Assembly (NCBI RefSeq): GCF_000281045.1
Contig: NW_008246094.1
Coordinates: 227,261-291,260 of the forward strand
Origin: Saprolegnia diclina VS20
Lineage: Eukaryota
DNA length: 64,000 nucleotides
Direction of reading: 5' to 3'
Numbering within the stretch: position 1 is the first letter of the stretch; each line of letters opens with the position of its first letter. Shown here one piece after another: positions 1-13,013 of this stretch. The notes beneath the pieces are model-generated. The model saw only the letters and a list, made by a program, of their open reading frames with translations, was not told the DNA's origin and ran no database searches. Both the position numbers and the translations under genes were made by a program.

Positions 1-95
1 GCGACGCCGTTATCGTAGCCAAAGAAGATGCCGCCGAGCGACGCAAAGGCGCAGACGCAGACCGCGTAAAAGTTCTCACGGAGGGGCGACGACAT
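1..95 (-). CDS. MFS sugar porter, 5' part only (runs off the window start); tandem paralog of 600..2138
   Basis: Manual translation from ATG at 95: MSSPLRENFYAVCVCAFASLGGIFFGYDNGV, matching TM1 of the neighbour (YAIVVCVFASLGGIFFGYDQGV). Not in the ORF track. Confidence 0.85.
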   Translation of the reverse strand, partial: MSSPLRENFYAVCVCAFASLGGIFFGYDNGV

Positions 96-599
96 CGCGG
101 GTCCGGGACTGCTGTGCAAAGAGCAAATTGGAGAATGAACAAAGTCGGCGTGGTGCTTGAGCGTAGCGTCGTTCCCTTCGGCTGTGGGACACGCGGTTGT
201 AGCGATGAGGTCGTCTTGCGACACAAGGGCGTGAAGGGATTCCTGCGAACCAGCTTGGATAGCCTTCTATATGGGCCTTTGCATGCTTTGCACAGCGTGG
301 AAAAGGTTGACCTAGATGGACGTCCATGACTCACTTTACCCGATTTATACGGCTGCACGTTGATTGGTGGTGTTTTTGCTATCCGGTAGTGAATTGATTG
401 TCCCACGCCGCCGCCCGCCGCGCACGCGACGGCTCATCGACGGCTTCAAGCAGGTCATGGGAGGAAGGCCTTGAAGTGCAAGCAAGCAAGCGGGCAACTG
501 CAAGGCCAACTGCAAGCTGCGCGGGTGGCGGCGTGAATAAAAATACGTGATTTTTTTTGAGAAAACGGCACACATTATATTATCAACAGAAGACGGGCA

Positions 600-2138
600 T
601 TAGACCTCGTCGAGCTTGGGCGTCTCGATCGAGGTGTCCTTGGCCACCGGTGCGATGTGCTTGGAACCCGAGAAGAGCTGCTCGATGTCTTCGAGAAGCA
701 CACCCTTGGTTTCCGGGCACTTGAAGTAGACATAGACACCGGCAACGGTACAGAGCGCCGCAAAGAGGAAGAAGACGCCGTTGATGTTGAGGTACGGGAA
801 GAGCTTGGGGATGCCAATCATGAGCGCACCCATGCACCAGTTGGTCATCGTCGACGCCGACACGGCCTTGGCGCGCACGTTCATCGGGAAGATCTCGGCC
901 GGGTAGATCCAGCAGATCGGACCCCACGAAATCGCAAAGTTGAAGATGAAGAAGGCCGTGAACACAATCATGGTCCAGCCCGCACCCTTCGAGCAGCCAG
1001 AGTCTTCCGTGTCACCATGGCAACCGGCCGAGAACGCAATGGCCGAGACCAAGTGACCGATGACCATACCAGCCCCACCAAGGAGGAGGAGCTTGCGGCG
1101 ACCGATCTTGTCGACCCAGTACATGGCGGGGATCGTCGAGACAAAGTTGACGATCTGAAGGATCAAAAGCGACGTGAGGCCGTCACCGACAACGTCCTTG
1201 AAGATTTGACCGCCGTACACAAAGACAGGGTTGATACCGGTGGCCTGCTGGAGGAGCTGGAGGAGCATCGCGATGATGAGGCGCGGGCGAATCGACGGGT
1301 GCCAGAGGTCCGCCCACGTGGCCGAGTCATGGCCCTCTTCTTCAAGGGCATCACCAATGGCCTGGAGCTCAGCACCGACGTTCTCGGTACGACGGAGACG
1401 CTTGAGCTCGGTCTCAGCGACCTCACGGCCCTTGGCCTTGTACAGCCAGCGCGGCGACTCGGGCACGAAGAAGATACCGGCCATGACGATCACCGGGAAG
1501 GCCATCGCGACGGCGTTGGTGGTGCGCCAGCCCTTCTCCTGCTTCTCGACGACGATGTTGATGATACCGGCGAGGAGGATACCGGTGACGATCGACATTT
1601 GCATAAAGCCCGAGAGCATACCGCGGAGCTCCTTCGGGGCCATCTCAGCACCAAAAATCGGCAGCGAGAACGACGAATTGCCGACGCCCATGCCCTGGAT
1701 GATACGGGCGATCAAGGCAAGGGTGTGGCCCATCTTGTTGGTGAGGACGAGCATGAGCGTGCCGACGCAGAAGAGGACACCNNNNNNNNNNNNNNNNNNN
1801 NNNNNNNNNNNNNNNNNNNNNNNNNNNNNNNNNNNNNNNNNNNNNNNNNNNNNNNNNNNNNNNNNNNNNNNNNNNNNNNNNNNNNNNNNNNNNNNNNNNN
1901 NNNNNAGAAACGACGAGTTGGCCTTGCACGCGGCCTCCGAGTTGCCGTCGTAGCCGATGCAAAAGTCGTTGAGGAACGAGTCCATGACAAGGACACCGCC
2001 GGTGACGCCTTGGTCATAGCCAAAGAAGATGCCACCGAGCGACGCAAAGACGCAGACAACGATCGCGTAGACCTTGGAGCCCTCGGTCTGGACGCTGTTG
2101 TCGTAGGCACCCATGGGAATCGCGACTGCACCCGCCAT
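600..2138 (-). CDS. MFS sugar porter (hexose/H+ symporter family)
   Basis: Motifs GGIFFGYDQG, PESPRWL, QQATGIN, DKIGRR, SWGPICW, PETKG. First ATG at 2138 (the ORF track starts at a non-ATG codon). Spans the N gap. Confidence 0.95.
   Translation of the reverse strand: MAGAVAIPMGAYDNSVQTEGSKVYAIVVCVFASLGGIFFGYDQGVTGGVLVMDSFLNDFCIGYDGNSEAACKANSSFXXXXXXXXXXXXXXXXXXXXXXXXXXXXXXXXXXXXXXXXXXGVLFCVGTLMLVLTNKMGHTLALIARIIQGMGVGNSSFSLPIFGAEMAPKELRGMLSGFMQMSIVTGILLAGIINIVVEKQEKGWRTTNAVAMAFPVIVMAGIFFVPESPRWLYKAKGREVAETELKRLRRTENVGAELQAIGDALEEEGHDSATWADLWHPSIRPRLIIAMLLQLLQQATGINPVFVYGGQIFKDVVGDGLTSLLILQIVNFVSTIPAMYWVDKIGRRKLLLLGGAGMVIGHLVSAIAFSAGCHGDTEDSGCSKGAGWTMIVFTAFFIFNFAISWGPICWIYPAEIFPMNVRAKAVSASTMTNWCMGALMIGIPKLFPYLNINGVFFLFAALCTVAGVYVYFKCPETKGVLLEDIEQLFSGSKHIAPVAKDTSIETPKLDEV
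1782..1905. other. Assembly gap (124 N) inside the sugar porter CDS
   Basis: Run of N in the sequence. Confidence 1.
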
Positions 2139-2171
2139 TTCTGACTGTAGTAGTACTGGGCGCAAGACCGC

Positions 2172-2187
2172 AAAACGAAAAGTGAGA
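2172..2187 (-). promoter_or_regulatory. Putative oomycete Inr/FPR-like core promoter element
   Basis: Minus strand reads TCTCACTTTTCGTTTT, about 35-50 nt upstream of the transporter ATG; resembles the GCTCATTYBNNNWTTY consensus. Confidence 0.4.
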
Positions 2188-3340
2188 AGGAGCGGCCAGC
2201 GTTAGCAAAAGACGTCAAGTCAAACCCACCGTCTACGTTTGATGTGATCAAGCTTTGGCGCGCAACGTGTAATTTAATTCGTTTTTCATGCACCAGCTGG
2301 GCACGTTGAAGTTGCTATGGCGCGCCACATGGTCGAGCGACGAGGGTGACACACGCACCAGCCGCCACAGGCGCCAGACGCCATCTGGCATGCCGCTCAT
2401 TACTGGATATTCGTTTTGTACTTGATATTTGTAGGCAAAACCAAAGAATCCATTACTCGATTCATGCCCGACCAGCTTTTCTGAAGCAGACCCAGGTCGG
2501 CAGCCAGCTTGTCCCAGCCACCCATTCGAGGTCCGGCGCAGCTTTTTCGTGACCAACACGACCCGTCTATTTCGCGATCATCTCGCGCTTTGTATGGCAG
2601 CTAGGTGGCTTGGCTCCTTCAAGCTGCAATTCAAGCACAGCTTCAAGGCTGCGTGTTTCGTCAAACGAGGCTTTCTCGGTCGTGCCGGTCTTGCTACGTC
2701 AACGCTCGGTATTTCCTCCAGCCGACGTGCCCAATGCGCCGGCCATGATGGGACGCTGCATGATACGACGACGCGGTACCGCAGCGGTTGCGTCGTCAAC
2801 GGGGGCATCCGCGGTCGCGCCATCGACACGATCGGGATCAGACAATAAGAACTTGGCCGCAGCACCCAAGTATACTGGCCGCAAATGATGGCGTTCGTTG
2901 CAAAGTTGAAGTCGCAACTTCAACATGGAGTCGACGTGGCGGACCTACGCACCACTCAATTCCCCTCGGTCTTGGTGCTAAAAATCCGGTCCCCACCGGA
3001 TTGCAGCAGCCTCCTTGCACCATTCATGTGGGCGGCTGTCAAACCTTACCGTCAATCGACTTGACTCTTCGAGTTGGCGCCATAAATATGCTACACTGCA
3101 ACACAAAAGCGCTCGTTGTACAGCTGACTGAGCGACGCGGGAACGTCGAGTCGTCCCGAACAACAACCACAACACGACTACAAGTACATACGACGAGACG
3201 GTGCAGGCTGCACGGCAGTGGGATGGAGCCTTAGCAATCAGAACAGTAGAACACTCTGCTTTGCCACCCTACACGACCCGCAAAAGAAGGAGCACTTGTC
3301 GACGCAAGCCATCTATCTGTATTCGCAGCGTGGTTTTGTG

Positions 3341-6300
3341 CTACTTGAGGAGGCCGTTGGTCGCATACGCGCGGAAATGTGCGCTTGGTGACATGAGAAT
3401 TGCATCAAAGCGCGCGAACTTGGCACTCACGTCGTCGCCGTCCTTGCTGCGGACGCTTCGGACGCCTTTGACCGCCGACCCGACGGGCATGGCCATCTCC
3501 TTGATGTCGCTGCCGAGGCGGCAGTCATTGATGTACTGCTGGAGGAGCGCGGCGACGTCCGCCGGGAGCTGGCTGGCCTGGTTCGTGGCTTTCTTCTTCG
3601 ATTTGAGAAAGAGCGCGACAAATTGAATCGCAGACGCGCGCACCGAGACGCCGGGGAACTTGAAGCGCTCGTGGCCCAGCGCCACGAGTGCCTCTTCGGT
3701 GATGTGACTCAAGGCCTGCTCGAGCTTCCCTGGCATCGTCACATTGAGGTGCCGCGCGTTCTCGTCGACGATGGGCGGCAGCTTTGTCGGCAACGTCAGT
3801 GCTGTGTACACCAGCGGTGCGCGCAGGAAGCGGCTTTTCATAGCGACCGACGTGAACGCGTAGACGGTGCCATCAAACGCCGCCACGATAAACTTGGAGC
3901 CTTTTCGAATCGACGACCAGTCGGCGGGCCCGGCGCCGTCCGCGTAGGTCACTGCACAGTAGCCTTGAAACCCGAGGCGGGGCGGCGCGCCAGTTGTGAG
4001 GTTGCTGCCCATAGCCATGTCTATTGGCAGTTTGGCTTGCTGGAGGAGCACGCGGCTCTCCAGGTACTTGGCGGGCTGCAAGAGAAAGGCCTCGAGCGCC
4101 GTTGCGTCCGCGAGCCAGTAGTTGACGTGTTCAAACTCGGCCAGAAAGCGGCGGTCGACTTGCAGACTCGAGTAGCGTTTGTGGGCTGCCGTGAGCGTCA
4201 CGGGGCAGAGCCCGCCGAGGCGCATGTTCGTGTGCGAGTCCAAGTACACTTGCGAGAAGCGAAGGTGCTGGAGCGGCGCCGCGCCACCGGACGCTATGGC
4301 TTGCATGTACCTAACGTCAACCAGCCTATCGCTACAAGCGCAGAAATCGTATCCTACCCGTTGGCCGCACCGACGATGCGCGCAAGCAGCTCGGATGCAT
4401 CGGACAGGACGTGCCACACACTGCGCCCGTTGGTGTCGAGCATTTTAAGGTACCCGACGCCGTACGTCATGGCGTACAGCACAAGCAAGCGCAGACGATG
4501 GAGTTGCCACTGCGCCATGGACTTGAGAAATTTGATGTGCGACGGAGGCGGCGACCGGCGCAAAATGGAGGAAACGGAAGCGTCAAGGCACAGGATACTC
4601 ATTGGCATCGACGGCTCGGTGCGCTGGAGGCCTTCCCAGAGCGACGCTTGCCGCAAAGTGCTCGGGAACCCGTCGAGCACGTAGCCCGACTGCTGCACGT
4701 CAATGGCCTTGATGCGCAAGAGAATGCACTGGAGCAAAATGTTGTCGGGCACGAGATCGACGTCCACGGTCAATGGCGTCCGCGAGGCAACGTACTCGGA
4801 GACTGCTACGTACAACTCCGTCTCGTTTTGACACCGGAGGACCCAGTGGAGGATATTGTCGAGGCTCAGGTAGACCCATTGGTGCATCCGTGCGAGCGCT
4901 TTGGCCAACGTCGTCTTGCCGCAGTGCGGCGGACCAATCACCGCGATGGACGCGACGACTGCACCCGGTTTCGTTGGTCGCTGCACGTAGGCGCTGGGCG
5001 TTGCCAGAAAGGCAGCCACCGCCTCGGAGCTCGGCACGTAGACGCGACTGCGGTAGAGCACCGCCTCGGGCGACTGCCGCGTTGGGATGCAAGCATCGCT
5101 CACGGGACAGTACGGACCATGGTGGCCCAGTGCAATGTACCCCGCCGATAGCAGCGGCCCCAGGCGCGTGACGGGCTGTCGCTCGGGGGCGCAAAAGAGC
5201 TGGTGGCGGCGCGTGAGCACATGGTTTTCGAGGCGCCGCAGTGCCTCTTTGAGGACGCGGGTTGGCCCCCGGCTCGCGTCAATCGGCGGTGCCACCTCGA
5301 CACCGACCTCTTGAAAGAACGCGAGGCCGGCGGCGTAGAGTTCGAGCTCCGCAGCCACGTCGCTCGCGATGGCTTGCGTCGCGTCGTCGCGAGCGGCCGC
5401 TTCTTCAGCCGCCAAGCGCTCTTTCTTGAGCTTGGGGTCCTCGGGCTCGGCGCCGTCGTCGTCGGCTGCGTCCGGGTCTGCAGGCGGCGGAGTGTACACC
5501 CACTGGCGCATTCGCCGGGCCACGATCGCCGCCTCGTCGATCGCCAGCGGTACCACGAGCAGTGGAAGCCAGCGCTGGTCGGCGCAATGCGTCAGCAGCT
5601 CTCGAGTGGGAAGCCGCGTGGGGCCTAGCCCCGGCGCGAGGCAGAGACTGCCCCCGGTTGTCGCATGCCGCGACAGCTCGTGCCCCAGCGCCGCAACGTA
5701 CAACTGCGTCCGACTCGTTTCGTCGAGCGTCTCGCCGTCGCCCAACGCATGCTGCTGCAGTCGAATGGCTTTGGCCGTCGCCGCGGCGACAGCCGCCAAG
5801 TCCACAATGCTCGTTGGCTCATCGCGTAGGGCCTCAACAAGGTGCGCGGCCTACCACAGCCATATAGACATCGGTACCATAGAGCAGCAACGATCGTACC
5901 AGCGTTGAGCGGCCCGAGCCTGTGAGACCATGTAGCCACACCACAGGTCGAAACTCCGTGGTCGGCGCTGTCGGCAAGTACCGACGCGGGTTCCGATCGA
6001 ACATGGCCTTTTCCTTGGGGCCTGCCATTGCGTACTTGGCCTGGTCGACGTAGCTCATATACTCGGTCTTGCCGGGCACAGTGCGATGCAAACTCGCCGT
6101 GTTCCAGTAGGTCACGGGGCAGAAGCGGCCCGTGGCGCCCCATGGTTTGGTACTCTCGTCCTCTTTGGTACAGCCGTCGTCGGGCCCGTCAACGCGGTTT
6201 CGATCGAGGCGGCGGAGAGCGCGACCAATCGCAGCTACGTTATCGTCCGCATCGGCACTGGGGTCCATCGCGACATGGGCGACCGGCACTTGGCCGAGAC

Positions 6301-9235
6301 GCGACAGGACCTTTTGGAGCTTCTCGCCGTAGCTGGCTTCGGCCGCGTCGGACGCTTTGGGCGGCTCGAGCACGAGCACAAGGTCCAGAGACGCGTTGTT
6401 GGCTTCGATCGTACCCACGGTCGCTTCGTCGAGCGGTAAGTCATGCAGAATGTACCCACTCCGCGAGAACGTTTCGTCAAGCACGAGCTGCGTCACCATA
6501 GCGTGGGACATGGTCAGGCCTTGGCGCAGCACGACCGTGTGGAGCGAGTCGAGGGACGGCGACCGGAGCACCGAGAGTGGATCCAGCGTCTCGACCTGCA
6601 GCTTGTGTGCAAGCGCCGCCAGCACGGCAGAGTACATAGGGTGGTCCACACTCCATGTTGGCGTCGAGGTCAGTACCCAGAGCTTGGTCGGCAGCGGCGT
6701 GCTCGGGTACGACGGCGAGCCACTGCTATCGACCAAGTGCCGAAGCACCGAGTGCGGGTGCCGGAGAAATGCGGTTTGGGTTTCCTTCGACGCCATCACG
6801 TAGAGCTAACACATTCCATTCGTCAGACTATCGCAGCAGGATTTAGACCGTACCCGTCCGGCAAAGAAGGCGTGGAACTCGGGCACACCTGGCACCACCT
6901 CGCCGGACGCCCATAGAACAGGACAGAAGGACCGGTACACCGAGAGCGTCCGGGGCTCGTTGGGTGGCAGCAGCGCTTGGTGTTCGGGCGGCACGGGCAG
7001 CTCACCGTACAAAAGCCACCGAAGCTGCTCGTCTCGGGGCTGGCTGAGAACGTCCAAGGGCATTTCAACGCGAACGGCCGAGAGGGATGGCGGAAGGCGC
7101 GACAGTGGCGGGTGTGCCTACGCTATGCATGAGACGAGACCAAAACGAAGCCAAGACGCACCCCCGACACCGCATGGATAGCGTGCTGCAAGACGCCGTT
7201 GGGCGACTGGTGAAAGATCACATCGACGATCGTGAGCTGCGTCTTGACGAGCTGCATGGTCATGCTCACACCCGACTCAAAGTCCTGCATGCCTTTCGAG
7301 AGCTGCTTGAGGTAGACGGACGCCACGCTCAAGCATCGATCATTCGATGGCGCCGGCGCGTACTTGTCCAGCTGCGATAGCTCGTAGGCTGGCACTCGAA
7401 ACGGTGCACTCGGATCTGGCGGTGGCTCGTGGACAACCCCTTCTTCGTCGTCGCGCGGTGACGCGTCGTCATCCGCACCTGCGTTGTCGTCGTCGTTGGT
7501 CGGAAGCGGCACGACGGGCTGCGCCTCGACCGTGACGAGCAGCGGCTCGGGCTCAATGAAAGTGCTCGCAAAGCCGTTCTCGTCACTGGCGATCGTCCGG
7601 TCGCGGGCCGAGGAGATCGCGCGCGTCTTGGGGTCGAGCAGCAACGTTGCAACATGGGCTTCGACGTTGGCGTGGGTCCCGCGAAGACAGAGCAAGTGCG
7701 TCACACTCATCTACACCAATCGATCCAAATCACCTATCCACGATCCACAAAGTATGCATTGTCGTACGTCCATCGCATTCGCATCGCGGAGCGCGACGAC
7801 TTCGTGCGGGTACACGTCATCGAGCACGTAGCCCTGGCACTCTAGTCATCATATCCGTTTACAGATCGACGTATCAAGGTTTCAAGTGTACCTTGGAGAT
7901 GGTGGCTGATGTAGTCGACCACAAGGTCGATCGCGTACTCGCGGCTGACACTCTGACCTCGGCGCAGCATGCTCTTGACCTTTTGCTTGAGCTGGAGAAG
8001 GTCGCTCTCAAAGATTTCTTCGGCCGTCGGCTGCGGCTGCGACAAGACGAGCTCGAGCGTCGCCGCCAGACCAATGTACTCGAGGTTGAGCTCGGCCGCG
8101 AGCGAGCGTGCCAAGCGGGTCTTCCCGACACCGGGCGGCCCCACGACGCAGATGCCCGGTCGTCGTCCGAGCAGCTGCGCAATGGACGCCAACGCCGGGT
8201 CCCACGCATCCTGCTGGCGCGCGTTGGTCAAGTAGTGTACACGGTACCGGCTGCCTTCGTTCGAGCGCTCAACGGGCTTGAGCGGCTTCAAGTTCGAGCT
8301 GTGGACCTTGAATTTACGCGCAAATTCAACAAACCCGCCTTCGGACATGGCCTTTGTCGTCGCAACGATCTTTTGCGAGAACGCGCCAAACACCTTTGCG
8401 TGGTTGGTGCACAAAAGCGCCTTGAACGAGAGCGACTTGGACTCGGGCGAGAGGGTCGTCGCGAGGAGCCAGACACCGTTGCGGTACGAGTCTTCGAGCC
8501 CCGGTGTCAACGTCTTGTGCGGGCAGCGCGTCATGTCTACTCGCACGCACATTTATATTGCCACCACGATTCGTCGCCGGTGGTGTACCGTCGAGAGGCG
8601 CGAGGACGCGTGGAAGGCAACCGTCGAGCATCGGCTGGTCTTCCAGCAGCACGGCAGCCATGTCGGCCACGTTGGGCCGTAACACCATCGATTGCAGCGC
8701 AGTTAAAAAATGTACATACTAGAAAAAGTTGATTCATTTCAGATTTGAACAAGCGGAAAGCGTACCTCGCGCGAGTCCACATACGGCACCCAGAGGTCGC
8801 AGATCTCAAAGAGCGCGTCCATAAACGGGCTGAAATGCATGTACTCTTGGTTGAACGCGTCGTTGGCCCAGTCCCGCTACATGGTATCGTAGCGACAAAG
8901 CAGAAGAAATGGAGATACCGCAACAAGGTCGCGCGCGGTCTCGGGGGTCGCGTTGGCCACCATGGCGTACGCGATGCGCTGCAAGACATCGAGATAGGCC
9001 TCCTAGACACAGACGAGCTTGAGACCAGAAAATGCGCCAAAGAGAAAGTAAGAACTTGGTGGATAAAGCCGTGCACGTCCTTCACAGCCACGTCCCAGAA
9101 CCCGTGGAGCAGTGTCTGCACGGCCGGGTCGGCTTTCACGTGGTCGCGGCATTGCATCGAGTACTCGGCGTAGACGACATCGGGGCTCGGCTCCGCTTCG
9201 GCTCGCTTGGGCACATAGAGCACCCGTGACGCCAT
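3341..9235 (-). CDS. AK9: Adenylate kinase 9-like multidomain axonemal protein (multi-exon)
   Basis: P-loops GPPGVGKT, GPPHCGKTT and degenerate GLTGSGRST; GYVLDGFP; repeated YHS-like motifs (RSFCPV, GRFCPV, GPYCPV, GGLCPV, GYCAV ... FLxxPxxY); C-terminal KFPGVSVRASAIQFVALFLK like the AK9 tail. Start MASRVLYVP at 9235. Confidence 0.8.
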
Positions 9236-9724
9236 TCTCTGTCCTGTCTGCCGCGCCCAAAAGCCGCCAGTTGGCCGTTGGCGTTGGCACCACCGCGACC
9301 GTTCGGGATCGTTTTTGAGCCAATCAACGACGCGTTTGATCGAAGTCGATGTTTGATTGGCTGAAAGGTGCCACCCGCTTGGGCCCCGCCTGTTGGACAC
9401 CTGCATGACCAACCCAAGCGCAAGAAGCGCTCGCTCGCAAATGAGACGCTTGCAACCACAGCGCCGCTCACACGTCGAACGGTGTCTAGGACAGGGTCCG
9501 CTGCGGCGCCCCACAAAGTGCAACCTGTCCGAGGTACAGAGCTCGAGATGCGCTACAAGGCCATCGAGCACGCGCCCGAGGTGCGCGCTGTCGTCGTTGA
9601 CGCCGTTAGTCGAGTTATCTCGTTGGCGTGTTGGCTGACACGCCCACTTCGACTCTGTCGAAACGTCGTTTCTGCCTTGCTCCTGTGCGACGATGCCACG
9701 TCATTGCCTACCCATTACTAATAT

Positions 9725-9752
9725 ATTGCAATAGATTGCAATAGATTGCAAT
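9725..9752. repeat. Short tandem repeat (ATTGCAATAG) x about 2.8
   Basis: Read directly; lies between the divergent AK9 and 2OG-fold genes. Confidence 0.85.
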
Positions 9753-9841
9753 TGCTCGATATTGTGTCGAGCGCGCCAAACGATTGGTGGATTGGTCGAC
9801 ACCACAGAAATAGTGTGTCGACGACTTTGCACTTTCCGGCG

Positions 9842-12652
9842 ATGGCGAATCGGGCGCTTGCAGCGCACGAAGCTGCGTTCCAGCTGGTCCAAGAGCCGAG
9901 CGCGTTCGCCGCTATGAGCTCACTCCCGCACCCGGCGCCAGTGCTCTTCTGCCTCACGGGTATGGACGAGCCGGTCTCGTGGCCGCTCTGCGCCGCGCAG
10001 GCAGCGCAGATTGCCGGACTCCACCCCGACAAGACCATCTCTGCGGCCAACATTCATCTTGACGAGCGCTTCATGAACAGCTACCACGACATGCATGCGG
10101 CCATGTACCGCACCTATGTCCCGCACTTGGGCCCATCGAGCGACGTGTACATGGAGCTCTCGCATTTGATCGTGGACGACGTCGGGGACGCCGACAGCTT
10201 TCGCCTCCAGCCTTCCAACGATGACACGGTCAATACGACCACGTTTGGCATGCTTCTGGTGCTGCTTCCGTCGGAGCACACGGGCGGCGCCGTCACGTTC
10301 ACGTTTGGCGGCCACTCGACAACATTTGACGACGCCGCGTCGCTCGTCGAGACACCGTTCAGCGCCGCCTTTCTCTGCGCGACCATCACGTCGGCGCCCA
10401 TCACGTCCGGGCGCCGCGTTGCACTCGTGTACCGTTTGTACTATGGCGACGTGGACGGGCCCATGCGCATGGTGCCGCCAGCGCAGGACGCGGCCATCGC
10501 GGCGTTCCGTGCGATTGCGCAGTCAACGACGCAAGAAGTCCAGTGCGTCGGGCTGGAGCTGGAGGACATGGAGGAGCAATATCTCTCGTTTGCGTCGCTC
10601 ACGACTTGGGAGGCGGGGTTCGTGCACGTGCTTCTCGCCGCCGGCACCTACGGCGTCGGTCTTGCGAGCCTCGACATGAACCGAAATGGCGTCATTAAAG
10701 CATTCGAGCCGCACCCAACGTGCGGGATCCCCGACGCCGTCGCCCAGAGCTTGATTGGCCTGACGCTCCAAGGCTTTTGCACCTGCCGCCGCCGCAGTCG
10801 ACTGCCTTCCAGTGTCCGTCGTGCGTGCCCGTGTACTGGCCGACGCGCCACCGTGTCTGCATTGTCGACCCCGTCACCGTCTGGGACGTGTTGGAGCAGC
10901 GAGTATGCGAGCGCCATGGCGACAAAGCCGCTGCGTACCTTGGTGTCTCGGACACGAAGGAGCTACTTCTCGGTGCAATGCCACTTGTCGGCGTGCATGG
11001 CCCGGCCCGTCTCTGGTGCAACCGGAAGGGATGCTCACAACCCACGACCTTCGCCAGCTGCGACGAGAACGCAGCTTGTCGTTCCTGCAGAAGATGCAGA
11101 TGCTCTTGGTCGCGTTGAAGGACGTGGCGCTCTCGGCGGCTTTCTTGGATGCAGTCGCAATCACAGAGGCGCTCGTGGCGACCAAAGTCGGTCCCGTCGT
11201 GCACTGTCTCTTGTCCCAGCATGGATGGGAGCCGCTGCAGGCGTCGGTGCTTGGGCTCGTTCGGCGCTGGATCAACTCTGATCCCGACGCCACGCTGCAG
11301 CTACTCACGAGCTTGGCCGGCCTCAACACCAAGTCCGTATTGTGTCGACCGCTGCGTCAACCGTACGACGCCGAGCTCTTCAAGCGCTGCTACGGCGTCA
11401 TGCTGGCGACGCCTGGCCTCGTTGGCACCGAGATGACCCGATTCGATCGCGGTCCGACCTTTGTCACCGGTCTCTTCTTGCTCGAAGATTACGTGACGAG
11501 ACTCGTGCCGCAGCGCCAAGCCGCCAACTATGTGAGTCAGCGTCTACCTCTGATCTTTGTACCAGCGATCGACGCCTATCTCTTTGCCTACCCGTCAGTC
11601 GATCGCTTGCTCTCGTCGTCGCCGCTACCGCTTTTGGACCTGGCCGTCGGGCTCGAGTCGGCCGTGCGCTGCCACATGTCGCTGCCGCTGCCACCGACGG
11701 TGCTCGAGACCATCTTTGCGGCGATACGGCCCATGACGGCTGACACGCTGACGGCCATTACCACCAACGTTGCCAGTGCGGTCCTCTTCTTGGCGTGCGT
11801 CTCGCAGTGTCTGGATACGTCGCTCTTTCACAGTTTGGTCGACGTTTGTGGCCTGGGACTGCTCCCGACGGTCCATTCGATTGCGCTTGAGTTTCCAAAC
11901 CACGCGCTTTTGAACCAGCTTGTCGCTGCGTTCATCGATACCTCGGTGGATGCGCTCGTGGACGAGTCCCAGTGGCCCGAGTGGCATCTCTGTCCCGTCC
12001 CCGTACGCCCCAATGACGAGAGCTTCGCAGCCAAACCCGGTGTTCTCATCCTCGTCGACGCTCTGGCATTCTTGGAGCGCATGGCGCCAAGCAGGGCGCG
12101 TGCCTTTGCAACGAGGTACCTCCAGCGGCTGCCGACAACGCTTAGTATGATCCACGACCGACTGGTGCCGGTTCTAACGCGCCTCGGTTGCCACAGCGGC
12201 GCCTACGATGTGCTGGTGGAGGCGACGATCGATCGCTTTGCCGCTCTGCCCCACCTCGCCGACTATACCCTGCCTCGGCCGTGGACTCTCAACCCGAACC
12301 ACTGCCCCCAGTGCGATGAGGCAGATCGGTTCTTGACACAAGCAGGCACGACCCGTACGAGATCGTGCGCAAGCGACGACGGCGTCTGTCCGAGACTAAT
12401 GCGTGTTGTCGACGCGAGCGCAAGCCGGTTATCGTCCTTGGCGAGGACCAACCCTTCCCCCGGGTGTATGTCCTCGAGAAGGTGCGCCAGCCAGGTGACG
12501 TCGCCGACGCCGAGTGGTACATGGCCGAGAAGATGAGAAAGATCCACGCCCACGTCTCGGCATTCGTCACAACCTTGGTGCGCCAACGACAGGACGACGA
12601 CGCGGCAGCCAGTGTGACGAACGCACCGCCGGCCAAGCGCCTTCGGTCTTGA
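9842..12652 (+). CDS. Hypothetical protein with a degenerate N-terminal 2OG-Fe(II) oxygenase-like fold; three frameshifts in this assembly
   Basis: TFGMLLVLLPSEHTGG...AAF...PITSGRRVALVYRL fits the DSBH pattern. The reading frame jumps near 10775, 11022 and 12417. Ends in an NLS-like PPAKRLRS*. Confidence 0.65.
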
Positions 12653-13013
12653 GTCCTAACATCGCCATACTATAGTTTCACTGACGTTCATCAAACGACT
12701 CGAGAGTACAGATGGGCTGCATGTATCAAGAACGTCGACGACAAGACACGACGATCGTCGATTGCCCGACGGCACGAGCGTTGGCGTCGTACCCGCTGGA
12801 GATGGTCGACGTCTTGTTTTCGCAAAAAGCCTTGCATCCTGACTGGTGCAACTGCGTGGCCCGCGTATACATCGTTGCATGCTTGTGACGACCTCTTCGA
12901 AGGCCCTTGTCGGCGGTCGGCATGCCAGCTTGATGGGAACGTGACACTTCCCTTTTGCACGGAACCGGCAATGCCAATCGATACCTCTGTTGTACGGGGG
13001 ATAGCGATAAAAC

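Noticed and set aside
657..2144. 495-aa plus-strand ORF
   Set aside because: Antisense shadow of the sugar porter; GC-rich third positions suppress stops on the opposite strand.
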